Below, piece after piece: positions 49,127-60,631 of a stretch of DNA of 64,000 bases; the stretch's first letter is position 1; each line of letters opens with the position of its first letter. The DNA lies in NCBI RefSeq assembly GCF_006345805.1, contig NC_043004.1:41230001-41294000 (forward strand), written 5' to 3'. The notes beneath the pieces were generated by a model. It had not been told where the DNA came from and did not search any database. It saw nothing but the letters and a program-made list of their open reading frames with translations. The stretch comes from Octopus sinensis (Eukaryota). The translations under genes and the position numbers were made by a program.

Positions 49127-49131
<5 letters not shown>
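47856..49131 (+). mobile_element. 5'-truncated CR1/L2-group LINE (reverse transcriptase plus C-terminus plus 3'UTR)
   Basis: YLGFAKAFDKVDH, SGVPQGTVLGP, YADDTK, RLDYCSQLWSP, LFSLERRRERY. One frameshift near 48569; stop at 49054; (TTTAAGGA)n tail. Confidence 0.95.
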
Positions 49132-49178
<47 letters not shown>

Positions 49179-49385
49179 GTCTCTGTGAGTGTATGTATGT
49201 ACGTATTTCGGCTGGATTTGATCTCAGAATAAATAGGGGTGAAACAGCTGCACAACTGTTACTGCTATTTCGCTACACTCAACAAGTATGTATGCGGCCA
49301 GATAGTTTCAAGAAATTGAGAATAAATTTCACAGAAAATTGTATACTTAAGCTTAGTGGAAAGGGGTTCTGATCTTTGTTTAACA

Positions 49386-49415
49386 ACACGTTTCAGTCTT
49401 ATTAGACATCATCAG
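49386..49415 (-). ncRNA. Degenerate hammerhead-like motif
   Basis: CTGATGA-T-GTCT-AATA-AGAC-T-GAAAC-GTGT. Confidence 0.35.
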
Positions 49416-49478
49416 TATATCATAGTCTTCTGAAGACTACTTTCTTCAGTTCACACAGGTTTTTACAAACAGAAAAGG

Positions 49479-49540
<62 letters not shown>

Positions 49541-49547
<7 letters not shown>

Positions 49548-49965
49548 TTATTGAGGTAATAAAATCCAAACTTACAAGGAAAAAGAATTCAATTTAGAAA
49601 TACTAAATCAAATTCCACACAATATAATAAATATATTAAAATATTAGAAAAAACCCCACCTTTTATCAATTCAAAATGAATAATTAAATTACACCATCTA
49701 GAAAATTACATATAATAGAAAAGTTAAGATTAAAATAACAATAAAAAGTAAAGATTAAGTAACTTACAAAAATAATAAAAATGTATATAATAGGTAGAAA
49801 AACTATTATATACATTTTTATTATTTTTGTAATTTACTTAATCTTTACATTTTATTTTTATTTTAATTTTAACTTTTCTATTATATGTAATTTTCTAGAT
49901 GGTGTAATTTAATTATTCATTTTGAATTGATAAAAGGTGGGTTTTTTCTAATATTTTATATATAT
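49541..49965. mobile_element. AT-rich fold-back repeat in (TA)n
   Basis: Homologous to 10571-11006. Confidence 0.7.
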
Positions 49966-50566
49966 ATAATACTTGCATGGTTAGGCTGGTTTGACAGGAT
50001 GTAATGTACCCAAGGACTGCATCATGGTCGAGACGGCTATTTCTTTCTTGAACTCCGTCAAGTAGAGACGTTAACCTGTTCTCTCTCGCGTCTCAAACAA
50101 TAGCGTTCGTAAAAATGTTTTATCTCGTTTGGCTTCTTGTTTGTGCTACTGTTATTCTCCGTGTCCTGTCTTTTACTGTTTATATTTTGTACTGTCGTTA
50201 CTATCCTGTTTTTGTTACCATTTTTACCCCTCCGCAAAAAAACCTCAAATTTTATTTAATTTGATTTTCGCGGGAAGGAAAATTTCATTGAAGACATGTA
50301 TCGCCTTGACCTTCGAAACGTGGAGTAGATGAAATTAAGGCGACTGAAGAAGGGGAATTTTCCTTGTTTTGTATGTCCTGTACTCTATTTTTTCGTTGTT
50401 TTAAAAAAATGTCCATTTCCTTGGTTTTGTGTTTATGTTTTCGTTTCTCATTGTGTTCGACGTTTTTTTTTGGTGTCCTGTACCCATATATGCATGTATA
50501 TATACATGTAGAGGTAGGTACGTACATATATGTATGTATATATGCATATATTTTATTTATTTATTA

Positions 50567-50612
<46 letters not shown>

Positions 50613-50630
50613 TTATATATATAATATATA

Positions 50631-50662
<32 letters not shown>

Positions 50663-51457
50663 CTTTATATATATATATATATATATATATATTCCTTTTT
50701 ACAAAGGTGAAAAAATAAAGCTATAAATAATAGCGAGTAAATATACACACGCAAATTCACATGCATGTGTATTTTCATACATCTGCACGCGCAGATATGT
50801 GTATATACATAGGCTTCGTGTGTCTATGTATATATCTGTGCGCTCGTGTATGAGTATAACAGATTTTTGACCAAACTTTAATTTGCATAATTATAAAAGA
50901 ATAAGCAAAAGGAAATAATACACATTGGTTATTGGTATGAGTTGAGATTATCCACGAAGGTGCAAATCTACTTTTATGTTGCGTCCTTTTATGTACCGCA
51001 ACCTACCGGTTTGAGCAAAGAGAGCGATAAGTACCAGGCTGAAATAATTACTAAAGTCGATGTCATCAACAAAAAACGTATGTACTCTGTACCCCAACAT
51101 GACCATAGTTCAATGACTGAAACCAGAAAAGGAGTAAATAGTTCCCATCTTTATAGAATAACAGTCAATATAAATGCTGGTTGCTTGGTTGATTTCTTCA
51201 GTCAAACTTTACATCTCACAGTGAGTGGAGGAATGAGCTTTATAAATATATATATATACTGATAAGAGAAAAAAATCTATCAGAAAGGAACTCTATCTCT
51301 CTTAAAAAATATCTTTTGATAAGCATAACAAATGCGCAACCGGTAAAAAGAACTTTCACCTAATTAAATACACTCTCCCTTACTTAAATTATTTTGTCAG
51401 CATTTTCTTCATTTCCTTTTTTTATATATCACAACTCGTGTTCCACATCTCCTTTTT

Positions 51458-51496
<39 letters not shown>

Positions 51497-51503
51497 ATAT
51501 ATA

Positions 51504-51902
51504 CTAGCAGCTAAGCCCGGTTTCACCCGGTCTATTTGGATGATGTGGCTGTGATCGTTTTCGATTAGGCATAATCTATAACAGTGTTTGTCAACCTTAT
51601 CATTTCGGGTCCCCTGTTTCGATTGGAGCCTCCAACTATATGAAAACTTCCTGACCCCCACGCCGTCAGAAAACAGCTTCTAAGCATCTGGTTGTTTTAA
51701 TGACAGAAGAAAGAGGGAAATTCCTTTAGAAAAATTTTAATCGATTTTCTCGATAAGTATGGGGGTTATGAAAAAAATACAAACTGCATTCCAATCTATG
51801 TACCTGTCTCCACATGTGTGCCATTTTTCACGCAAATCCACCCAGTCGTTTGGCTGTGAACCTCAAGACAAGAAAGAATACAACGATCGCCCATGTCCAA
51901 TT

Positions 51903-51950
<48 letters not shown>
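51504..51950 (-). mobile_element. Non-autonomous Helitron
   Basis: Minus-strand 3' end CCGG-GTGAAA-CCGG hairpin then CTAG|T; 5' end in TCTCTATATATA. Confidence 0.7.
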
Positions 51951-51980
<30 letters not shown>

Positions 51981-52078
51981 GGAGAGAGTTAACAAAAGAG
52001 ATGCAGGAAGAGTGCTCATACTATGCTTGGTGGCAGACGCTACACACATACACATGGTGAAAGATACTTATAGGAACA

Positions 52079-52116
<38 letters not shown>

Positions 52117-52233
52117 AGAGAAAGAGAGTGTGTGTACGCAAGCGTGCGTCCGAACTTTCATGGTATATGATGAACATAGATAGCAGTTTTTTCACTTTTC
52201 GAATATTACTTTAATTTCGTAAGCTAATGATTA

Positions 52234-52282
<49 letters not shown>

Positions 52283-52295
52283 TATATATATGTAT

Positions 52296-52510
52296 ATATA
52301 ACGGGAAAGTTTACGAAAATAACACAAAAGACGAAGCAGGTGGACCACAAACAAACAAATGTATTAGTATAGCGCTGAGGGATAGAAATAGAAAAAGTCT
52401 TTTACGTTTCGAGCCTACGCTCTTCGACAGAAAGATACACAGAAAAAATCAAGGAGAGAAACAAGGAGAGAAAAAAATGCGTGTAGGAGCTAACGATCTA
52501 TCATGGCGTC
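52296..52510 (-). mobile_element. Penelope-like element 3' terminus
   Basis: Hammerhead-like motif; flanked by (TA)n on both sides. Confidence 0.55.
52398..52435 (-). ncRNA. Type I minimal hammerhead ribozyme-like motif
   Basis: Stem I TCTTT/AAAGA, core CTGTCGA-A, stem II GAGC-GTAG-GCTC, GAAAC-GT-A cleavage-site position. Confidence 0.6.
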
Positions 52511-52583
52511 ATATATATATATGTGTGTGTGTATATATATATATATATACACGATAAATAGTGGGGAGTTGTGAAACATTTAA

Positions 52584-52803
52584 CCCTTTAGTGTTCAGAT
52601 TATTCTGTTAAATGTAATACTTTTTCACTCAAATTGTTTTGAATTAATCATGCATTATCTTCTAGCTTTGAGGTTTCAATGACGTGATTGTTTATTTTTA
52701 GAATTTCAATATAGGTTAAGTGTGAGAGGCTAGATATCGCCAGTTTGAATATAAAACATGTGGAATATCTGGACCAGATATGGCCGGTTTAAACACTAAA
52801 GGG
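52584..52803. mobile_element. piggyBac-like MITE
   Basis: TTAA|CCCTTTAG...CTAAAGGG|TTAA. Confidence 0.9.
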
Positions 52804-52977
52804 TTAAACCAAATTTTCTCAAAACAACTTGTCCGACCGTCCCATAGGCGTCCCATTTGAGAAACCCTGATTTAACTTAAATTTGAGACACCAGCAAAAG
52901 AAGAAATAAAGATAGACTTTTATCTAGTCCAAAGAAAAACGATTTTATTCACACAAATATGCAACCGAAGAGTTTAA

Positions 52978-53152
52978 AGTACCAGTAATCGATCGCATTC
53001 TCACCTGGGATCGATTTTTGTAAATTTTTTCAAGACTTATACACGCCCTAATACCGTCAGTATCTACATATCAAATTTGTGCGCAATCGGATGGAGGATG
53101 CCCGAAATCCTAGAAGACACACAGACAGACAGAACGGATTTTAAATAATAGA
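52978..53152 (-). mobile_element. Helitron-like 5' fragment
   Basis: A|TCTATT...TCTGTCTGTCTGTGTG start; homologous to 58795-58965. Confidence 0.55.
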
Positions 53153-54214
53153 TTATTGAAAATTAATATTCATTTCATTATTTTTTATAAGCACCAAGAA
53201 ACTATAATTATACCATTTTTCCGGATATTACCCACAGTAGCAAAAATATACTTCCACAAAACCCCATTAAACGACAGATAACACTTTAGTTAATATGATT
53301 TTAATTATGATGTTAAGTCGGCGAGCTGGCAGAATTGTTAGCATGCCGGACAAAATGCATAGTGGCCTTTCGTCTGTTTTTACGTTCTGAGTCCAGATTC
53401 CATCGAGATCGACTTTGCCTTTCATCCATCCTTTCGGAGCCGATAAAACACGCACTTGTTGAACACTGGAGTCGAAGTCGATATAATCTCCTCCTCCAAA
53501 CTTGCAGGCTTTGTGCCAACATTTGAAACCAATATAATATTAATTATGATGTTTTCATTACATAATTCCAAGAGTAAGCGGATTGGATGAATGTTTGGGT
53601 GTCGGGATAAAAAAGAGTGTGGTGAAGCATTTGTCACGGATCTTTGCATTGTGAGTTCAAATCCTGCTGAGGTCAAACCTGCTTTTTTTTTTATCCTCCT
53701 GAAGGCGATAAAATAAAATAGCAGTGCAAGTACTAAGTCTGATGTGACTAACTAGAACATTCTCATCAAAACTGTTGCTGGCCTTCAGCCTAATTAGAAA
53801 CAATTATATAATTAATTCTGTAATTGCTATTTGATATTTTTTATGCGCTATATTTGTCGACTCAAATGATTTTTTTAAAATATATCAGTTTGAGGCTTGT
53901 ATCATTCAACGATGGAATCAATCTATAAACATTATTTTGGACCACTGAGCCCCCAGAAACAGCTGTTGAATTTGTAATACTTTTCTTCAACCCCTTTAAT
54001 TCTATATATTATTTGTATTCTGTGTAAGTCAGACCTTTTTGTACGTATACATATCAACATTTTTTGTATTTCATGCATTTAATATACTTTATATATTGAT
54101 CTGTCTAACTTATCTCCACATTTACTTCTATACTCGCTCAAGTTTAATCTCTTGAGCTCCACTAAGTGTATTCTATACGCAGAATATCTGAGTAGAAAAG
54201 AATATTTGTTATGC

Positions 54215-54430
54215 TTAAGGCGACGAGCTGGCAGAAACATTAGCACGCTGGGTTAAATGTTTAGCAGTATTTCGTCTGCCTTTACGTTCTGAGTTCAAAT
54301 TCCGCCGACTTTGCCTTTCATCCTTTCGGGGTCAATAAATTAAGTACAAGTTGCGTACTGGGATCGATCTAATCGACTGGCTACCTCCCCAAGTTTTTCG
54401 GGCCTCGTGCCTAGAGTAGAAAAGAATATC
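54215..54430 (+). mobile_element. SINE family B, CpG-retaining copy
   Basis: Close to the family consensus. Confidence 0.85.
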
Positions 54431-54450
54431 TGATTCTCATCTATGAACTA

Positions 54451-54592
54451 TTAGGTTGTCCCAAAAGTTCGTAAACACTTGCGAAAATTGAATTTTTACT
54501 CGCCAAGTACTAACAAAAACAACAAAAATTATTCCTCAAAATAAAGACCATTATTTTCCAAGACTTTCTACGAACTTTTGGGACAACCTTAT
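54451..54592. mobile_element. mariner-type MITE
   Basis: TIR TTAGGTTGTCCCAAAAGTTCGTA / TACGAACTTTTGGGACAACCT, TA context. Confidence 0.8.
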
Positions 54593-55162
54593 AATATCAA
54601 ATTACTGAATTATTTCAACTAATGTTTAATTTCTAGCGATGTCTTATAAGAAATGAACGAAGAACGCGAAAGTATCTAAAAATAAAGCAATTATCACAGA
54701 ACTAAAGAAGTTATTCAGTATTTAACATTCACTCTTTCTTCCCCCACCTCTTTCATCAATTATATAAGAGTTTATAAATACATGTTATATGTGATGTCAC
54801 GGTGGTGGGTCAGTGGAATAAAGTAAACTAATGCCTCATGGTATATGGTTTCGCACTTCATTGTTTAATGTTTTAAACCCTTTCGGCATCGACTTGTCTT
54901 TTTCGCTCCTTTCTTCGGAGACCAATAAAATAAGAACCTGATAAAAGAAAAGAAAAAGTAAATGGTATCTCGTTTTGGCTTCGACGACGAGTATTCTCAG
55001 TTGTTCCATTTACGGAACTACTTAGTATATGGGGAGTATGATGGAGGATATTCTATAGAAAATTCTACTGGCAACGTACTAGTTCTTCTAATTTTTTTTT
55101 TGTTAACTCACGATCAGAGCCTATAAGAAGTGAAAAATGGGTATTCAACCCGTTCGTCGGTC

Positions 55163-55331
55163 CAGGGCTGTCTAAGCATCATCATAGGCCCCTAGGCAAA
55201 GTAATGCACTGGACCCTATAATATTTACTTATTGACAGCAAGTCACAGCATAAATACATCAGAATTGGGTCCCCAGTCCCGTGCAGTCCTAGGGCAACTG
55301 CCCAATGTGCTCAAGCTTTAAGACGGCACTG
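55163..55331. mobile_element. hAT-type MITE
   Basis: TIR CAGGGCTGTCT / AGACGGCACTG; TSD CGTCGGTC/CGTCGGCC. Confidence 0.8.
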
Positions 55332-55372
55332 CGTCGGCCCAGAACTCGTAGAACTAGGTAGAAAGCTATGAA

Positions 55373-55555
55373 GGTACTGACTTAGCGTGCAGACTACTAC
55401 AGGAGCTGTAGTCTACGCTGTGAAATGATCTGATATGGAACAGGCTTACGTTTAGGGCTAGGGCTAAGCTTTAGGATGAGAGTTTAAGTTAGAGTTAAAG
55501 CAGATTGCACGCTAAAGTGTAAATGGCCAAGTAGACCGTGCGCTTAAGTCAAACC
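55373..55555. mobile_element. GG-terminal MITE (Merlin-like)
   Basis: Imperfect 25-bp TIRs; TSD GCTATGAA/CTTATGAA; internal TTAGGG-like repeats. Confidence 0.55.
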
Positions 55556-56882
55556 CTTATGAATATATGATAGACCTTTCCCCAGTGGTGTAGTGACGGT
55601 TTTGGTCGACCTATGTGAAAGCCAAATTGGCTGCCCTTTTCCTTAAACATGACCTCTACTACAGCAAATTGGCTGGCCCGCGTGGTCGGCATGGTATTAG
55701 CCGACCTGTGCAGTAGCCAAATTGGTTACCCACCTTCCTTAAATACAACACACTTTCAACAACATCAATGGTGTAATCCCTCTAAAATAGTGGTTGCCCT
55801 TTGAAGTCGACACATCCTACACGCCCCACACAACATCACAGCTCTTTCTTCAAAAACGGGGAGTGAGGGATACTCTCACGATCTCCTTTAATTTTAATTT
55901 TGCGATGGAGAAAGGAGGTATGTGTGTGTGTGTAGGTGTGTGTGAAAGCAGACTTCTTTCGGTCTGCAAAATTTCTCTCGGAGGTCCTGCTCACAATACA
56001 CATCAGAGCCAGGGTCGGTCGAAGGTACCTGAAATTTGGGCAGTCAGCTGAGGCGTCACGTAATGTGTTTGAGATGTGTGAAATACGAGAGGGGAAATGA
56101 ATGAATGTATAGGTGAATAAACGCATTATTTCTATATTTGATAACTTCACATTTTTTCACAAGGCCAGCAATATTAAAGGAATGGGCAAGTCGATTACAT
56201 CGGCTACAGTATTTTATTTCATCGACCCCATAAGGTTGAAAGGCAAAGTTGACTTCGGCGGTATTTGAACTCAGAACACAAAAAGCCGGAAAATTGCCAC
56301 TAAGCATTTTGTCCAATGCGCTAACGATTCTGCCTGCTCGTTGCCTTATTCCTATGTTTAACAAATTGTATTGAACAATTTATTCTTATAATTACTCCTT
56401 CCAAACATTAAAAAGATAAACAAAATACTTGTAAGGACGCTGAAATTCAGCTTGCTCTGGGAATAGAGAAGTAACCCTAAGACCGGTCCTGTGTAGAGCA
56501 AATACAGATATGTAGGCGCACTTTGTGCATAAAGCCAAAAGCTATATTGAAAAGATGTTTTGGTAAATTCTGAAGACTAGACCCTGAAATTATCTATTTT
56601 GCTAAAAACCATTATTTCTTCGGATTTGTGTTTTAAATATCAGAGGCTACAAACAATTTTTTTATTGCCCCTCTGCCACCACCAGCACCCAATACTTCTA
56701 TAAAAAAAAAGAATAGATAAAAATGAAAAAAAAAATCGGAACAAAACTCTCCTAAAAACTAAATTTGTGAGAATATATTCTATATAATTGTAGAAAAATG
56801 TATATTTGAAAAAAAAAATAATAATAATAAATCGAAAAACTTAAAAAAAAGGAGAAATTTCGAAAAAATGAAAAAGTCAAGC

Positions 56883-56932
<50 letters not shown>

Positions 56933-57230
56933 TGTGTGTGGTGTGTGTGTGTTTGAAAAAAATCATTATAATCTGTTACGTTTAAAACAATTCTGAAAAA
57001 AAAAACTTATGGAAAAAAGGGAAAAAGGAAAAATGACAGCAAGAAGGTTGGGAGAGGTAATAATAATCCTTTCTATTAAAGGCACAAGACCTGATATTTG
57101 TGGGGAATGGCCCAGTCGATTACATCGACCCCAGTGTTTCACTGGTGCTTAATTTATCAACACCCGAAAGGATTAAAGGCAAAGTCGACCTCGACAGAAG
57201 ATAATAATAATAATAATAACAATAATAATA

Positions 57231-57261
<31 letters not shown>

Positions 57262-57497
57262 TTCGTTTGTTTATTGGCCACAAGGGCTAACAAAAATCAA
57301 TTAAAACATAAAGGGACAAAACACAGGATGAAAGTTACAAAGGGTTTTGTCCGTGTACAAAAGCAGGATAACAACGAAATGTAAGTAACAATTAAAACTC
57401 CCAATAGGGGGAGGCGCTTTGAAAGGTTACTCGTGGAAAAACCCATAAAAGCCACGGGAGCCTGGTCAAAAGGGGAGTAAAGAGCCCCTTTCTCCTT
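57262..57497 (-). mobile_element. Non-coding 3' end of an unidentified retroelement in (TAA)n
   Basis: Flanked by (TAA)n; terminal 60 nt resemble the long tail of SINE B. Confidence 0.5.
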
Positions 57498-58021
57498 AAT
57501 AATAATAATAATAATAATAATGATAATAATAGAATTTTATTTCAAAATATATCTTTTTGCATAATCATAAAAACATACAAACCCGAAGAAATTCTTTCTA
57601 TTTTTGATGGCCGGGGGGTGGGGGGCAACTAGATAATTTCTGACTTTGTTCTATTGCATTACTAACTATTTTAAATATTTTAAATATATTGGTAAATTAC
57701 AAAGAGATTATAAAGCAGTTACATCTTTATTCAATAAATGAAACACAATCATCAATCCTTTTTATGTTCAGAATGTCAGTTCGTATTTTTTCACATACTT
57801 TCAGTTAACTTGCAGTTTAGGGTCATAAAAAGTGAAAGTAAATTGCAACAGAACCGATAAGTGATAACAGTGACACACTAAAATTTCATGAAAAAAAAAA
57901 CACAAAGAACTTTCTCATTATTCCACGTTCCCGGGCACCTACAAGTATAGCCATTCAAATGATACGCTAAGTATTTCAGAAGTAACAACTGAGGTACTAC
58001 ACCCAGCAACGTACATCACTC

Positions 58022-58423
58022 TTTACTCTTTTACTTGTTTCAGTCATTTTGACTGCGGCCATGCTGGAGCACCGCCTTTAGTCGAGCAAATCGACCCCGG
58101 GACTTATTCTTTGTAAGCCCAGTACTTATTCTATCGGTCTCTTTTGCCGAACCGCTAAGTGATGGGGACGTAAACACACCAGCATCGGTTGTCAAGCAAT
58201 GCTAGGGGGACAAACACAGACACACAAACATATACACACACACTTATATATACATATATACGACAGGCTTCTTTCAGTTTCCGTCTACCAAATCCACTCA
58301 CAAGGCATTGGTCGGCCAGGGGCTATAGCAGAAGACACTTGCCCAAGATGTCACGCAGTGGGACTGAACCCGGAACCATGTGGTTGGTTAGCAAGCTACT
58401 TACCACACAGCCACTCCTGCGCC
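58022..58423 (-). mobile_element. SINE family A, young subfamily
   Basis: Near-identical to 21745-22132. Confidence 0.9.
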
Positions 58424-58617
58424 TAAGGTGCGATTGTTTTCTTTTTATATAAAATATATATGTACGGTTCTGTATATTGGTTGTGTCACATACACTGTTC
58501 CCATGAAATTATTGTCGTCGTCGGCTCCAGCTCGTATCCAAACATTGGGTTCGTCAGTCTCCATTCAGCCCCTTCGGCAGATATTTGTGCCGAATGTGAC
58601 TTTGGAGTCCAAGTCGG

Positions 58618-58715
58618 GGATCTTTTCGGTTTGAACGGCAGTTTTTAACATAATTTCTAGGTAACTAAAAAATTTTAAACTTCGTATACTGTTAGAATGT
58701 GTTTATAAAACATGC
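58618..58715. mobile_element. Family D left-end fragment
   Basis: TIR at 58618; truncated where a Helitron-like fragment (to about 58965) begins. Another partial copy starts at 43601. Confidence 0.75.
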
Positions 58716-59123
58716 ATTTTTCTCACGTACGCGTAGTATCGATCGCAACAGCTGATGTACTTGCGCGTACAAATGCACGTTCCCACGGCTTTATCGATCG
58801 CATTCTCACCTGGAATCCATTTTTGTAAATTTTTCAAGACTTATACACGCCCTGATACTGTCGGTATCTACATATCAAATTTGAACGCAATCGGATGGAG
58901 GATGCCCAAGATCCGAGAAGACACACACACACACACACACACACACAGAACGGAGTTTATATAATAAATTCTTGATATGGATACGATCTTTGATCATATA
59001 CAGTTGAGTATGATAGTCCTTACACTTTACTATGTATTTTCTAAGACAATGATGTATCCATTATGGTTAATGGGATAAATAAGCCATATTTATATTCCCT
59101 CTATCAATGTCTATATATCATAA

Positions 59124-59537
59124 CAAGCAGTATCGCCCAGCGTTGCTCGGGTTTGTTTCGACCTTTTAGAATTGGAATTTTTGAAAAGTAAAAATTTTGC
59201 ATTATGTAGCTTGTTATTCTCTTTAAGTGAACATTTTTCTGGTTGAAATACACCGAAAAATGGCGACACAGCAGTCAGAAAATCGTAAAAAATAGGGATT
59301 TTTTTTACACCTTTTTGATGTAAATATACCTTTTTTTGATACACCTTTTTGATGTAAATAATTTTTGGTCTTAATATGGTCCGATTTGAATTTTTTCTTC
59401 TACGGAATGAAGAGCAAACCTTCTTCTATCATACTCTCAATTTTGGTCAACTTGCGCCGCAGGGTCTCGGAGGAGATAGTGTTAGTTGAAGGCTACCAAA
59501 CCTGTCACACACAGACAACTTCAGCTTTATATATATA
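59124..59537 (-). mobile_element. Non-autonomous Helitron
   Basis: Same family as 23886-24275: TATATAAAGCTGAAGTTG start, CCCGAGCAACGCTGGG hairpin, CTTG end. Confidence 0.75.
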
Positions 59538-60025
59538 CTAGCAGCATAGCCCGGCATTGCCCGGGTATGTAAGAGCCCCTGGAACAGACATGATGCTCGC
59601 TGTGAATTTTTAAAAAATTCCTGTCAATTTGTGAAAGATATTGTCGAAAATATGTCATCTCGAATTTGAACGCGATTTCCCAAAATGGCATGATTTTATC
59701 GATTTTTTCTGATGGTAAGGTATTGCATGGAAAACTAAAGTCAGAATTAAGTTTCTTAGGGTAGCATTAAGCGAAAACTACCACAGAAAATGTGTTGCAA
59801 ATAAAAAGCTTAGATTCTCGACCCCATGTCGAATTTATCAATTTTTTTCAGAACTGGGGGGACTTTTCAAAATTTTCGCTGCGTTAGTTTTGAATTATGA
59901 CATTGGGCTATGTGTGTGTCAAGTTTCATCAGAATCGGTTGAAAGCCGTGGTCAGGGTGAGGGTACAACCTGACAGACACACAGACACACAGACAGACAA
60001 ACTGCCGTTTATATATATAGAGAGA
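59538..60025 (-). mobile_element. Non-autonomous Helitron
   Basis: A|TCTCTCTATATATATAAACGGCAG start; CCCGG-GCAATG-CCGGG hairpin; CTAG|T end. Confidence 0.8.
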
Positions 60026-60530
60026 TAGATTTGCTATCGTAGACAGAAATCAATCAAATACCACAAGACATTGATTAAAAATTAGCTCAGCTAAACTAAA
60101 ATGTTAAATATATATAAATGATTTATAACTTTGATACAAGGTCATAAGTTTCGAGGCCAGATGCAATGGGTTATATATTGATTACTGTACGGAACAGCTA
60201 CTTATTTTATTGATCCTCTGAAGGATAAAAGACGAAGTTAACTCAGGTGGGAATTGAACTCAGGACGCGTAAAGAGATATATTAAATAGCGTAAGATATA
60301 GTGTTTGATGGCTTACTGATTTTGCTATCCACAGGCCAATTTTAAATAATGATTTCCAACATACAGGCGCAGACATGGCCACGAGGTCAAAATGCTTGAT
60401 TTGCAACTTACTTGGTTTCAAGTGAAATCTGATTGCGTGACACTTTGGGCAAGTGTCTTCTAGTAAAACCCCGGGCTGACCAATGCTATGTGAGTGAATG
60501 TGATAGACGAAAAATGTATGGAAGCCCATA

Positions 60531-60595
<65 letters not shown>

Positions 60596-60597
60596 AT

Positions 60598-60631
<34 letters not shown>

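Noticed and set aside
50285-50360. CGAAACGT followed by CTGAAGAAGG, a possible permuted hammerhead
   Set aside because: No convincing stem I and a non-cleavable GTG triplet. Probably decayed Penelope-type sequence.
1088-58452. Recurrent paralogous-looking ORFs (MSSDVGGTNTDTQT...YQIHSQGFGRPEAIVEDTCPRCHAVGLNPEPCG)
   Set aside because: They are antisense read-throughs of SINE family A, not a gene family.
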